A stretch of DNA of 63,964 bases, counting the filler, from Thelocarpon superellum (taxonomy: Eukaryota): assembly GCA_026025795.1 (NCBI GenBank). It is 3 parts of 3 records of this genome, joined end to end, with 100 filler letters (N's around TTAATTAATTAA, not from the genome) between each part and the next. Parts side by side here need not be neighbours in the genome. Positions count along the whole stretch, not along the records: positions 47,042 to 63,964 come from JAPEUG010000381.1; 2 more parts are not named here. The stretch is one strand, 5' to 3'. Every line of letters begins with the position of its first letter. Within the stretch, counting starts at the first letter, position 1. Below are positions 49,619 to 60,678 of this stretch, piece after piece. The translations under genes and the position numbers were made by a program. Below the pieces are notes generated by a model. The model had not been told where the DNA came from. It ran no database searches and was given only the letters and a program-made list of their open reading frames with translations.

Positions 49619-52274
49619 TCATTCAAGTCCGGAGGCAAATCCGCCTCGCAGGTCGTCCGCAAAGCCTTTCACGGCAACTGTCGTTCTCCAGAGCCCAAAT
49701 TTCAAAGAATCTACCACCGTCTCTGTCATCGCGTCACTCATCTGCTGCGTGATCACTCGAAGCTCTGACCGCGAGAGAACGGTCGTCTTGAGGAAGTCAT
49801 GCACATCGAACGCATCGTCGGCGTCTGACTCGTTGTCCTTCTCGCGCGAGGGATCGTTGGCCGCCTCGTCCGAGTCCCAGATGCTCTTCTCCAAGGCCCG
49901 CCGCACGAACTCGCCGAGTGGCTCGTCAAGTGAAGACCGCGCCGTGGCCGAGAGTAAATCTTTCATGCCCGTCCACGTTTCTTCGCGAAACTCTACTTCC
50001 ATGGAGCGAAAGGCCGATTTGCGCCGCGGCCGGCTGGTCGGATCCCATGAGTCGGCCTCGACCACGGGAGACGCGCGGGGCGTATACAAAGCCACCGTCT
50101 CGTGATACTCTCGCTGCAACCGCTGACGGATCGCAGGAGGGATGAGGAACGGAAGATCGTCGGGCATGATGGACCGCAGGAAGCGTTCCGTCTCGCGGCC
50201 GCGGCACCACGCCAGTGCTTTCTCCGCCCAGCGATGCAGAAAGGCGGCGCCGGCGTCATCGCCTAACACGGCGGTATAGTCCGCGAGCGTCTTGTTGACC
50301 TGGATGATCAAGATCTCCTTGGCCTGATCACACACAATCTCATCGATGTGGTAGCACACCGTGCGCCACAGGGACTGCCAGAGCGCGTGCGACATGCGCT
50401 CCGTGAGGTCCTTGTGGATCTGCAGCTCCGCCAGGACCACCTGATGCAGCGCGTCAGTGGTGTCCAAGGCCGAGTCGACGTCATAGGCATCATCGATGTC
50501 GATGGAGCCCTTGGGCTTGGGAAAAGACGCCTCCAGTGGCGTGACGAGCTGCATGTTGATGGGAGGCCCGGTCCAGTTGTCGACCAATACCGTCAGCTGT
50601 TCCACCACCCGCACCTCTTCTGGGCCCACGCTGGGAATGGATATGTAACAGAACAGGCCCGGGATGATGTTCAGGAGCTCGATCAAGACGGCCCACAGCA
50701 TCTCAAAAGAGGTGGCGGCACGGAGCTTGTGGGCGAAGCCGGCGGTCGGATGCAGGAGCACGTCCGGCTGCTGCTGCAGGATCTGGAACACGATGGACGC
50801 CACGGCCGAGTTGGCGTCCATGCGGGGCGCCCAGACGACATGAGCAAACACGGCCCGTCCGGCCGCCTTCCTCCCGTGGGCTATCCACTTACAGTAAAGC
50901 TGAGGCTCCATCAGGTTGGTTTGCATGTACGTCAACGTCGACTTGGGTTGGTGCGTCCAGGTCACGTGCCGTCGTTCTTCGTAGAACCATTGATCCCATT
51001 CCGTTGTCTGCGTCGTTTCGTACAGACGAATCATCTCGTCATGGAAGGTGGCGTCGCTAGGATCATGGGCGAAGAGCTGGTCTTTCAGGATTTCCAGAAT
51101 GCTCCCTGACCGATGATCCTTGAAGTCTCGGAAGAGTCGTTGATCGTGCATCTCGCCCAGTTTGGCACTGAGCTTGCCCACTTCCCAGAAGAGCGCTGCG
51201 GGATGGTCAGACTCAGCCCTCTCAACAGCTCGGTGGCCGAAGCGCTCCTTACCTGCGTTTTGCCATGCGTGCCGGGCGACGTTGACCGCGTTGGCCTCAG
51301 CCTCAGCACTGCGCCGGAGCCGATGGATGGCCTCTGCGACCGTCTTCTGCGACACTTCAAAGGGCGACCATAAGGCGGCGACGTATTTCATGAACCGCTT
51401 CCGGCGGTAGAAGACGATGGCTTCCTGCAAGAAGCGGACAATGTGTGCGTACAGTTCGGCGACGATCTTCTGCATGCGTTTGGTTGAGAGTAATTGCTGG
51501 TACATCAAGATCCGGGGGAGATCGTCGGCAATCTCGCACAAGGTCACCTTGATCTTCTCAAAAAAGGCGTAGTAGTTCTGAGATACCTATACGCCCTCGC
51601 ATGAGCCGCCGGTCACGCCTTGAACGAGACTTGGAGCGTACCTGCAAGACGAAACGGAAGGATCCCCAGACCAGACAGGTGTACTGCGCGTACGACTGGC
51701 TGAGGACATCGAGGCACGTGCCGTAGGTCGTGAGGACGTCGACAAAATGCTCCGTTTTGCCCTTCCTGTCAGTATTCCGGCGGGAGGCAGGCTGGGCCTG
51801 CTGAGCGAGGGCGATGACGTCCGTGATGGAAGCGCCGGCGCGCACTTGCTTCATCTCTTCAGGCGTGAGGACATTGTCCAGGGCTGAGATGGCCGTATCG
51901 TAGGCCTGAGACACGGTGCTGTCGCGCCTGTTAGCCCAGGTACGGAGCACACGAGCGTCAGCACCCTACTCGAGGCCATCATCCTTTTCCAAGATGGCCA
52001 GGACATGGGGATGATGAAAGGTTTCTGGAGCAGGCCACTGGACCAAATTTCCCGAGCTGAACATCTGACTGTACCCCCCTCCGTTGGCGCCCGTCCATGC
52101 GCCGGCATTGAAGCCATACTGCAACGTGGACACAGGTGAAATCGGCGACGAGGTGAGCGAAGTCTCCGGAGAGCTCGTTGCGGTCAGCGCCGAGGGCTTG
52201 GAGCCGATGGTGAGAGCGTCAGACTGGGTGCGCGGTCCAGCAGCATATTCAGCCTTGTGTGCTGGAAGCGCCAT
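49619..52274 (-). CDS. Fungal STAND/NACHT-related protein: Goodbye/DUF7708-like helical N-domain followed by a degenerate NACHT-like region
   Basis: Exons joined through introns 51919-51969, 51587-51641 and 51196-51252. YGTCLDVLSQSYAQYTCLVWGSFRFVLQ...LPRILMYQQL...VAELYAHIVRFLQEAIVFY...ALWSPFE matches the N-terminal domain pattern of fungal NACHT proteins. Confidence 0.7.
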
Positions 52275-53875
52275 TGGTGCGGGCGGCCAGCTCGGGATGA
52301 GTACTGTATGGCCATGGACCTATGGACCGTAAGGCGTCTGTTTATCTCACGATCGAAGCTGGCTGGCGAGAAAGGGTCGTTGGGAGGGTGGCGGGAGCGA
52401 CGGACGAGGGGGAGGCTCTTATGACCCCCGGCCGTGGTACAACAACATCTGCTACCCGTACAGCCATGATGTTCCAGGGAGGCCTGGACCTGAGCAATAA
52501 TCATGCTCCTCATTGGGACGCGGCTGAGCTGCAGTCGGGCACGAGTTGCCCACAGAAGGGGATAGCGTGCGCCTTGGGGCTAGTTTGGTCACTAGTGGGT
52601 GGCCGGTGGACGAGGCTCCCCGAAAAAGGGCCCACAACGTCACGGCAAGCCCCCACGGAAGGAGTGGAGATCGGGGCGATGATGCCAAGACGGAGGGATC
52701 GACGGTTGCAAGGGAAGAGCCGACCATGCCCGGGGAGGTGATCCACGGCCTAAGCACCATACTTTGCATGCGCACCGGGGGTATCCAATCTACGCGAGAA
52801 CGTTTGGCGACGGGAGAGCATCACGACAGCGGCCTCTCAGGGACGCTTTGCACGGGTTTGGGTGCCTGTAGGAGCGCCCCACGAGCACTCCTCGTTGCGG
52901 TCCGGTGTCGTCGTCACTGGCCAACCTACCACGGGTATGGTAGCCAGGACGCTAGGGAGCATAAGCAGCCCGGCTACGGGCCCTCGTCCGGGTATCAGAC
53001 GCGCAGTGGCTGTCAGTGGTAGGCGGAGCCGCCCAAGGATTTCTGTGCGTCTCAGTCGCCGGGCGAGTACCGGTCGGGTCGCACGCACCGGGCCACGCCC
53101 GGTTCCTAGCACCCCAGCCAGGTAGAGGCAGGGAGAGCCGTGCTTGCGGCCGATGCCGCTGGTAGCGAGTCGTTCACCCGGCGCCGGGCCAATCACGGCG
53201 CGCCAGCACCCTGAATGGCGCCGACTCCTCCGGCGGTCTGTCAGTGGCCGCCCAGCGATCCGATCGTGGGCGCCGGCGGTGGTCCAGTGGTCAGGGTTAC
53301 GGTCAATGGCCAGTCGTCGCTCGCATCCATCCACCACACCCCTAGTCAGCATCATGCTACCGCTAACATGCTGCATCCTCGTTACCCACGCACCGGAAGC
53401 ACCAGACACACCAGACACATCCGTCACTCACCTCCCAGCCCCCGACACCCACGGTGCGGACCTTCCACACCCATCCCGCGGGGCCGCAGGACATCCTTGC
53501 CAGACATTGTGCGCTGGTGATGGGTGCACGACGTCCGCCCCCCGCGATCGCCCATCCCGACGATTCGTAAGCGGCACCCATTCTGCAGGTTCCTCGACCG
53601 ACCACGACCACGACCACGGCAGCAGCCTGTCGCCAGCGGCAGCCGCGTAACCGAAATCCGTCTCCACTCCGCCAGTTATACCTTCAACGTTACCTGTGGA
53701 TCCGCTCTTCCTCGTCCGCCTCTCCACCTCTCCCACCCCCTCCCCCCGGTCATCGCCATCCACGGCCACCGGTTTCCTTCTCGTCGGATTCCGGTCGATC
53801 GGCGCGACGGCATCGGCCACGGTCGCGAACTTGCTGGACGTGGCTCTCACAACGCTATCGTGACGACTCGCCGCC

Positions 53876-55104
53876 ATGAGTTCCTCCGCACCCCGGGCCG
53901 ACAACGCCGGCTCCAGTCGGCGGCGAAGCATCAGCCAATTCATTGAAAAGGCCAAGAACGTCTCCAAGAGCGTCTTACGACGGGACAAGAGTAAGAGGCA
54001 ATCCATTATCGGCCCGTCAGCTGGAACGCTGGCGAAGCCCGATGAGGGAGCCAGGTAAGTCGACCGCCTGGCCTTGGCCATCGCGACCACGCCCTGCGTG
54101 CGCAGGATGAATCGCCCGCGACTGTGGCTGATCCTTGTGCATAGCGCCGGCGTCGCAAGCGCTGCGGTCGTGCCGGTGCCCGTCCCGGCTCGCGATGGCA
54201 CCAAGGGCACCGAGCCCAAGGCGCAGGGTACGCCTGCGTCTCCGCCGTCCAACTATCAGCAGCGGGCGCGTGCCATGTTCGAGAAGTACGGCTTCACACT
54301 GGAGGATCACGAATGGTTCGAGACGCCCGAGCGCACTGAGCGCGTGCAGAAGCCGATCCGAATGCGCATACATCGGTCGTGCCATCGGTGCCAAACCACC
54401 TTTGGGGCGGACAAGATCTGCGCCCAATGTGACCATCGGCGCTGCAAGAAATGCCCTCGGTACCCGCTCAAGAAGGCTAAGCTCTCGGAACGCGCGGACA
54501 ACGTGGCGAGCGTCAAGAGCGCGGCGAAGGGAGAGGAAGGGACGAAGCAGGGCTCGCACGAGCGGGTCCGCCGGGAGGCCAAGCAGGCCATCCGTCGCGT
54601 CTGTCACCAATGTGAGACGCATTTCGCTCGGGGCGAGAAGACATGCAGCAAGTGTGGCCACGTCCGCTGCGTCGATTGTCCTCGATTCCCGTAAGTTCTG
54701 ACAAGGCCGGAATGACTGCCACTGGAGTCACTGCTAATGCTTTACAGGGCCAAATCCGCCAAACGTCCCGAAGGAACAGGGGGTGACCCGGGCGCGACAA
54801 GTCCGGAAACGTCACCGCAACCAAAGCGATATGTCTGCCACTCATGCGGCACCGAGTTTGAAAATGAATCGAAGCCATGCCCGAAGTGTAAACATGAGCG
54901 CTGTGATGACTGCGGGACAGAGCCGTACGTGACGGTCTTACCCCCATAATCGTCGTCCGTACTGGTCCTCTTCTTTCTAGGCCCGATGCCAGCCCCCCTA
55001 CCGCAAAGGACGATGGCACCGAGCAGCTCGAGGAGAAGCTCGGTCAAGTCAAGCTGGAGGATGATGCGGCGGGGACACCGGCTGCCACCGCAAGTGGCGG
55101 CTAA
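53876..55104 (+). CDS. Uncharacterised Cys-rich protein with three CxxC-x9/10-CxxCxHxxCxxC zinc-ribbon repeats, 4 exons
   Basis: Introns at 54055-54144, ~54691-54747 and ~54925-54980. Contains RARAMFEKYGFTLE, RVQKPIRMRIHRSCHRC and three repeats of the Cys/His pattern. Confidence 0.8.
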
Positions 55105-55702
55105 CCGATGATCATCGACAGGGTGCGGCTCATGCAATTGCGCCGCCTCTCTTCATGAATGCATCCGACATGAACTCTAACGGTCTTCTCATTCCCCATT
55201 TAGTCAGTACTCGTGTTGTTTGTTCACGGGGAGATAACGGGGAGAGCTTTGGCTTTATTGCTACGCATTGGCTCGTTTGTCTTTCAGTGACGCTGAGGTT
55301 GAGGTTCAGGTGAATCGTGTGTGCTCGTGACTGCGCTCCACGGAGCGCCTGGAAAGATGACGTTGTCGATGAACGTTCTCACGTATTTGACTCCCTCCCA
55401 ACACCCGTCGCTCCCGTTACTTTCGTCTTTTTCTCTCCACCCCTCCGCACCTCCGCCCCTCCGCCCCTCATCCCCCTTTCTTCCGACCCCATCAGCATCA
55501 GCTTTCCCATTTCCGTTTCCATGGCCCTTCTACACGAGCCCCTGCCCAATCCGTAACGCTCACCATCACTTCATAAATCAACATATTCAATGGACGGGAA
55601 TGCTTCCACACTACTCGACGTTGGTAGTCCCGTATGTTCGACCATTCGCAAGTCGGACCTGGCTTGATGCATGTGGAACTGGGTCATCCAATGCGCCATC
55701 TT

Positions 55703-57082
55703 TCAGAACTCCAGATCAAGCTTCATCGTGCCAGTACTGACATCACCGACGGCGCCCCGTTCACCGCCACCACCACCTTCGCTGTCGCCCTCAACAGGCG
55801 GCAGACTAAACGGACGAATGACGAATCGACGGCGACTAAGTGTGAACGCCAGATTATCACCCACGCCTGCCTGCCCGCTCACCATCCCACCACCCCGCTC
55901 ATGAACAACCGGGAGTTGGTGCAGATGCAGCATACCCTGCGGCGGCTGCTGTTGTTCTTCTGCCCCTTTGGACTCTGGTGGCCCCGCAGAGGGAGCAGGG
56001 AGCAGATCCAGCGCATGCGGAAACGGCGTGAGTTCCAACACCCCGTCCGCCAGCAGCTCCATCCACCGCACCAGGGGCGAGGAGCGCGGGTACAGATCCA
56101 GCGGGAGAGACACCATTGCGGTGAGCGTGGACGGGTACTGCCGCAGCAGTGCGCGCATGGCGTGCAGAAAGTGGAGGACGTGGGTGGGCTGGCTGGCGTG
56201 GAAGGGGTACAGAGCTGGCGAGAGCAGGGTGGGGATGACGACGCGGTGGATCTGCGAAGGGGGGAGCTGTGATAGTGATGTGCGCAGGGTAGAGATTACG
56301 CTCGTGAATGGAGAGGTGGTCGTTGGTGCAGTCGAGGTCGACATGGGGATAAATCTCAGAGGGGAAGGCGTGGGGATGGAGAGGCGCTTGGTGAGGTCGA
56401 AGGCATGGCTGAAGGAGGTCGCGACGCTGGGAAACGGGTCTGAAGCGGGAGAGGCCACGTCGACTCGATCCCGGCTCGGTGATGGCGCAGCTGGGTGGGT
56501 CAGCGGGTGTCCATGTTCGGGTTCAAGGCTTGGGCATGACCGCTTGATTGAAGCTATATACACCGCTGGCAGCAATGGTCTCGAAGGGGAGCGAAAGGAA
56601 ACAGGAGCAACCCCACCTCTTAAGCCTGCCACGCCGGTACCAAATTCTCCCAGACGCTCATAGCGCCATGCAATCTTCATCTTGTCCTTCGGTGTCCCCG
56701 TCTTGCTGCTTGAAGTCCCTTCAGAGGGGCCAGCCAGACCAGGTAATTCCAGGCCCCAGTGCAAGCCCACGCCGACGACGTGCACATGATGTCCCTGGAC
56801 GACGCCCTCGGCGGCGTAGAACCGGAGTAATGCCCCTGCAAAGTCCGTGGTTCCACTTTCTTGAACTAGTAGGGATGTGCCGAGCGCGAGTCCGGCATGG
56901 CCTGCCAGCATTCCATCGAGCGATGGAGTCCCGGTGGAGGTGACGGGCCGTCCATCGACCGGAGACGGTCGCACGCCGGGAGAGGTAGGTGCTGGCTGTT
57001 CCGAAGTTGCGGGTGAGGGTGCTTCCGGAGCACTACGCGTGGAGCCGGACGGTATCCCCACGTTGCGCTTGCGAAAAGACAT
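55703..57082 (-). CDS. elp4: Elongator complex subunit 4 (PAXNEB family)
   Basis: MSFRKRN, PGVRPSPVDGRPVTSTGTPSLDGMLAGHAGLALG, ESGTTDFAGALLRFYAAEG, KMKIAWRYERLG and LAFTLSRRRFVIRPFSLPP. In-frame intron at 56491-56616. Confidence 0.93.
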   Translation of the reverse strand: MSFRKRNVGIPSGSTRSAPEAPSPATSEQPAPTSPGVRPSPVDGRPVTSTGTPSLDGMLAGHAGLALGTSLLVQESGTTDFAGALLRFYAAEGVVQGHHVHVVGVGLHWGLELPGLAGPSEGTSSSKTGTPKDKMKIAWRYERLGEFGTGVAGLRGGVAPVSFRSPSRPLLPAVYIASIKRSCPSLEPEHGHPLTHPAAPSPSRDRVDVASPASDPFPSVATSFSHAFDLTKRLSIPTPSPLRFIPMSTSTAPTTTSPFTSVISTLRTSLSQLPPSQIHRVVIPTLLSPALYPFHASQPTHVLHFLHAMRALLRQYPSTLTAMVSLPLDLYPRSSPLVRWMELLADGVLELTPFPHALDLLPAPSAGPPESKGAEEQQQPPQGMLHLHQLPVVHERGGGMVSGQAGVGDNLAFTLSRRRFVIRPFSLPPVEGDSEGGGGGERGAVGDVSTGTMKLDLEF

Positions 57083-57480
57083 GACATGCTATCTCAAGTA
57101 TATAATCCGCTCTCGCTGCGACCAAAGTTATGTATCGCCGCTGCAATGCAAGCTGCTCGACCGAGTTGACGCGGCGTCGCTACGGGCCGCGGGGTCGATA
57201 GCTGGCGAAGATCCCTGCGAAAAGTTCGCGGGTAGGCATGACACCACCCCAGTCATCACACTTCGCGGCGTCGAAGCTGGAAAGAAAAAGATCCATCCGA
57301 GCTTCAGCCGGGTACGTCGTCCTGCGTCCTATCCTCAACCATAGTCTCTTTCCAGACCACTGAAAGTACTCCACCCAAACCCACAAGAGCACATCTCACG
57401 CCTCACCACCCGCGATCGTGCTCGAGTGACCTCAATCTCTCGGACCGAAGCCTCCACTTCCCCTCTCAATCAACCACAAA

Positions 57481-57991
57481 ATGGCCAACGCCGACTCCCA
57501 ACTCTTCGACGACACCTTCCACGTCACAAGCCTCAACGCGGCGAAATACGACCGCGTGTCGCGTATTGGGGCGACGTCGGTGGCGCTAGACACGACGCTC
57601 ACGCTGGACGTCAACACGCAGCTGTACCCGGTAGCTATCGGCGACACGGTCAACATCGTGCTGGCGTCGACCCTGGCGCTTGATGGCACCAAGGACGATG
57701 GAAAGGGCTGGCGCGAGACGGCACGGGGCGAGAACAGCCTCGCGGATATGTACGACTACGTCTGTCACGGTAAGATCTACCGGTTTGAGGAGAGCGAGGG
57801 CGAGAATATGTGAGTGCTCTTTCCTTGCATCGTGGTGCGTCGGCCGTGCGAAGTGGATACTGACGCTGGCTCTTGTGCCTGGTAGAAAGGTATACATTTC
57901 CTTCGGTGGACTGCTCCTCTACATCGTTGGCCCTTATAAGAAGCTCACGCCGTTGCGAATCGACCATGTGTACCTCTTAATGAAGAAGTAA
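57481..57991 (+). CDS. rpb8: RNA polymerases I/II/III shared subunit Rpb8 (RPABC3), 2 exons
   Basis: LFDDTF, KYDRVSRI, LTLDVNTQLYP, SLADMYDYVCHGKIYRFEE, then VYISFGGLL...VYLLMKK*. Intron at ~57809-57885. Confidence 0.96.
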
Positions 57992-58092
57992 AGGTGTGGA
58001 ATGGCTCGGTCGTCTCTTGAGATCGCCTGCATATGCATCAGCAGGGCGTTGGAGGTGCATTCATCGGTCCTTGAGTGATCATTGCGCTTTGC

Positions 58093-59121
58093 CTATCTAG
58101 ACGGGTATCCAGCCAAAGGAAATTCCAGTCTCCGATGCATCCGTGCCACGATCTCGATATAATCCGGCTCATCCTGCGGCGTCAGGACTCCATGACGCAC
58201 GAGGAAATCCAAGAGCACCAGCGCACAATTCGGCTTGAACTCACCGCGCTTCATGGCCTGGTGCACCTCGTCCACAGTGTGCAGGGCGAATCCCTCCACC
58301 TCCGAATCATTCGGCCGCGGCACGACCTTCGGGCCCACCTCGAGATCATACACATACTGGCACTCTGGCTGCATCAGGCCCATTTCGCCGCCCGCTCGGC
58401 TGTCCCGCTCATGCCAATACGTCACAGTCCCGACCGCGACCGCGTGGCGCCTGACCAGCTCCTCCGGCAACGACGCCTCCTCTTCCGCCTCGCGCACCAG
58501 CGACTCCAGCGGCAGCTCCCGCGCCCCGATTCCCCCGGCGACCGTGTTATCCAACATGCCCGCGTACGTCTGCTTCGTCCTCGCGCGGCGCGGCACCCAG
58601 ATCTTCAAAGCAGCTCCCGGCGAGCGCACAAAGACCGTCAGGTGCACGCCGTACGTCACGACGCCAAAGAGCGGCGTCGCGGCCCGCTCCATGTCGAAGA
58701 GTACCTGGCAGCCTGGGCCATAGACGGCGTATAGCTCGTTGCGCCATCCGGACAGCACGCCAAAGGTGCCGTGCTCTCTCCACTCTTCCACCATCGCCTG
58801 CATGCTCTTACTGCGTTCGGCGGCCGTAGAGCCCGCAATGTGCAGCCTTCGTCGCTGGTGGTCGAGAGTGAAGCAGTCGGAACTCCGGACTAGATTGCGT
58901 AGTCCCGACACCACGAGGGGTGTGATGTAGCCCAATACCGTTGAGTCATGGCAAAATGCGTAGAACGAGGCCGTTCGTGAGGCGTAGAGCGCGGGAGCTG
59001 TAGCAGCGTCGGGGAAGCTGTCGAATGTTAGCAGGCGTGGTGCTTATGCAGTGGAGGTTGGAAGGTGACGTTTGAACACTCACTTGTCACATTCATTGAT
59101 CAGATCAAGATCGGACTTCAT
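58093..59121 (-). CDS. Nudix hydrolase (Tnr3 N-domain / YJR142W-like, thiamine-diphosphate related), 2 exons
   Basis: MKSDLDLINECD|.FP, GWRNELYAVY, ERAATPLFGVVTYGVH, WVPRRARTKQTYAGMLDNTVAGG, Nudix box REAEEEA and FKPNCALVLLDFLVRHG. Confidence 0.88.
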
Positions 59122-59392
59122 CTCGGAGACTGGCAATGGGTGACGTTTCCAAGAATCCCTTCTTGTGGGACACCGAAGTCCGTGGAAGCTCGTCGACGCG
59201 ATCCGCATCCGCCATCAAATGCAGGTCCCTCGTGTTTAGCATCATCCGCAGACCTAAATTCTGGACGACCCCACCACAAGTATACTAAGTCGCCATCGCC
59301 GAGCTGGGTCTTCAGTCAAGACACACGTCACAATTTCCAGCTGCCCCGAGCAAGTCAGGCACAGACGTATACTTATATATGCTCACAAAGTC

Positions 59393-60283
59393 ATGTTCGG
59401 CGCCATATGCGCTGGTCGTCCAGGTACGTCCAGTTTTCTGCCCCACCCCGCTCCGCCCCCTGTTCGCACCACCAAGATCAAAACACAGTGGAGCAGAGCA
59501 CCGCTGACACCTTCTCCCCCCCTTCGCACAGTGCAGACGAATCTCCAGAAACTCTCCGACGCACAATACGTCTTCACCCTACCCTCCGTCCCCGCCTTCA
59601 ACCACCTCGTCGTCTTCCTGCTCCCCGGCACCGTGCTGCCCCCGGGCACCGCGGCCGCTGTGTACATCCAGCTACCGCCATCAATCGTAGGCGGGGCCGC
59701 GTCCACGCCAGCAGAGTTCAAGCTCCTTGGCGCTATCGGAAATGAGAAGCAGAGCGCGATCTTCAAGATTGGTTATGGCCATGGCGGGAAGTCACACGCG
59801 CACGCTGCTCCGGACGACGTGATGGCGGAAGATGGCGGGTCCACAACTGCTCAACATGCCATCGACAGCAGCGATGCAGCGCCCGCTCCGATCACACTGG
59901 GCATATCGCTGGAGCCGGCAGCGCAAATAGCGGGCCAACTCGCCTCTGCCGTGTCTTCGGCCTCGTCCGCGTCAGTGGCAGCGGGACAGCCGCGGACTAC
60001 GTCCACCAGCCTGGTCAAGCGGCCGCCGAGCACTAAAGTTCTCGCGCAGCGTATTATCAAAGACGCGTTCAACTTCCTGGCTAGTTTCAGTGTCAGTCGT
60101 GCTGATACTGCGTATGGTGCTGGCTACAAGGGGAACGTCGGAACGGAAGGAGCGGGGAGAAGGGGAGAACTGGGAGGAACCGGTGACCTCATCCCCCTCC
60201 GCATCTTTCAGGACTGGTGGACCAAGTTCGAAAAGAGATTAGATGTCGATCCCACCTTTCTCGACCGAGATTTGGATGGCTGA
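59393..60283 (+). CDS. opi10: Opi10/Hikeshi (DUF775) Hsp70 nuclear import carrier
   Basis: MFGAICAGRP|VQT, HLVVFLLP, FKLLGAIGNEKQSAIFKI, ITLGISLEP, LAQRIIKDAFNFLASF and FQDWWTKFEKRL..DPTFL. In-frame intron at 59424-59531. Confidence 0.92.
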   Translation: MFGAICAGRPGTSSFLPHPAPPPVRTTKIKTQWSRAPLTPSPPLRTVQTNLQKLSDAQYVFTLPSVPAFNHLVVFLLPGTVLPPGTAAAVYIQLPPSIVGGAASTPAEFKLLGAIGNEKQSAIFKIGYGHGGKSHAHAAPDDVMAEDGGSTTAQHAIDSSDAAPAPITLGISLEPAAQIAGQLASAVSSASSASVAAGQPRTTSTSLVKRPPSTKVLAQRIIKDAFNFLASFSVSRADTAYGAGYKGNVGTEGAGRRGELGGTGDLIPLRIFQDWWTKFEKRLDVDPTFLDRDLDG

Positions 60284-60678
60284 TCTTGGGGGTGTCTCTT
60301 CTTCGTCACTGTAATCAGGTCTCCCTTCTGATCTTGAAGATTGCGAGGCGGCGCATCTAAGGATTGCTTCGTTACTATCTAGTGGCACTTGCAATATCGC
60401 TCGTGCCTGCGCTCATACTCGCACTCATAGTCATCTCATCTCATCCCACCCCATCTCATCTTCGCCCAAGAGATAAGAACGCCGAGCAAACATCGAACAA
60501 ACCAACCTCGCCCCAGTTCTCGCAAGATGGATCACATGACGGATTGAAGTGATAAGAGAGGTGCGAAGGACTGAGAAGGATGAGAAATGGAATAGGAATG
60601 GACATGTTAAGGCCAGCTATGGATTAGGAAGAAATAAAGGAAAAGCAAAAGTGGTCCGCGGAATAGGTGAAAGTTGGG

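Noticed and set aside
42046..52274. P450 + methyltransferase + GNAT + NLR-like gene as one cluster
   Set aside because: The artificial spacer at 46942-47041 separates them and no backbone synthase is present.
56491..56616. Stop-free 3n introns in elp4, opi10, the P450 and the NLR-like gene as regulated exitrons
   Set aside because: Short GC-rich introns often lack stops by chance, and their translations show no motif-like content, unlike the not4 case.
59140..59170. Heat-shock element upstream of opi10
   Set aside because: The TTC/GAA units do not have the required 2-bp spacing.
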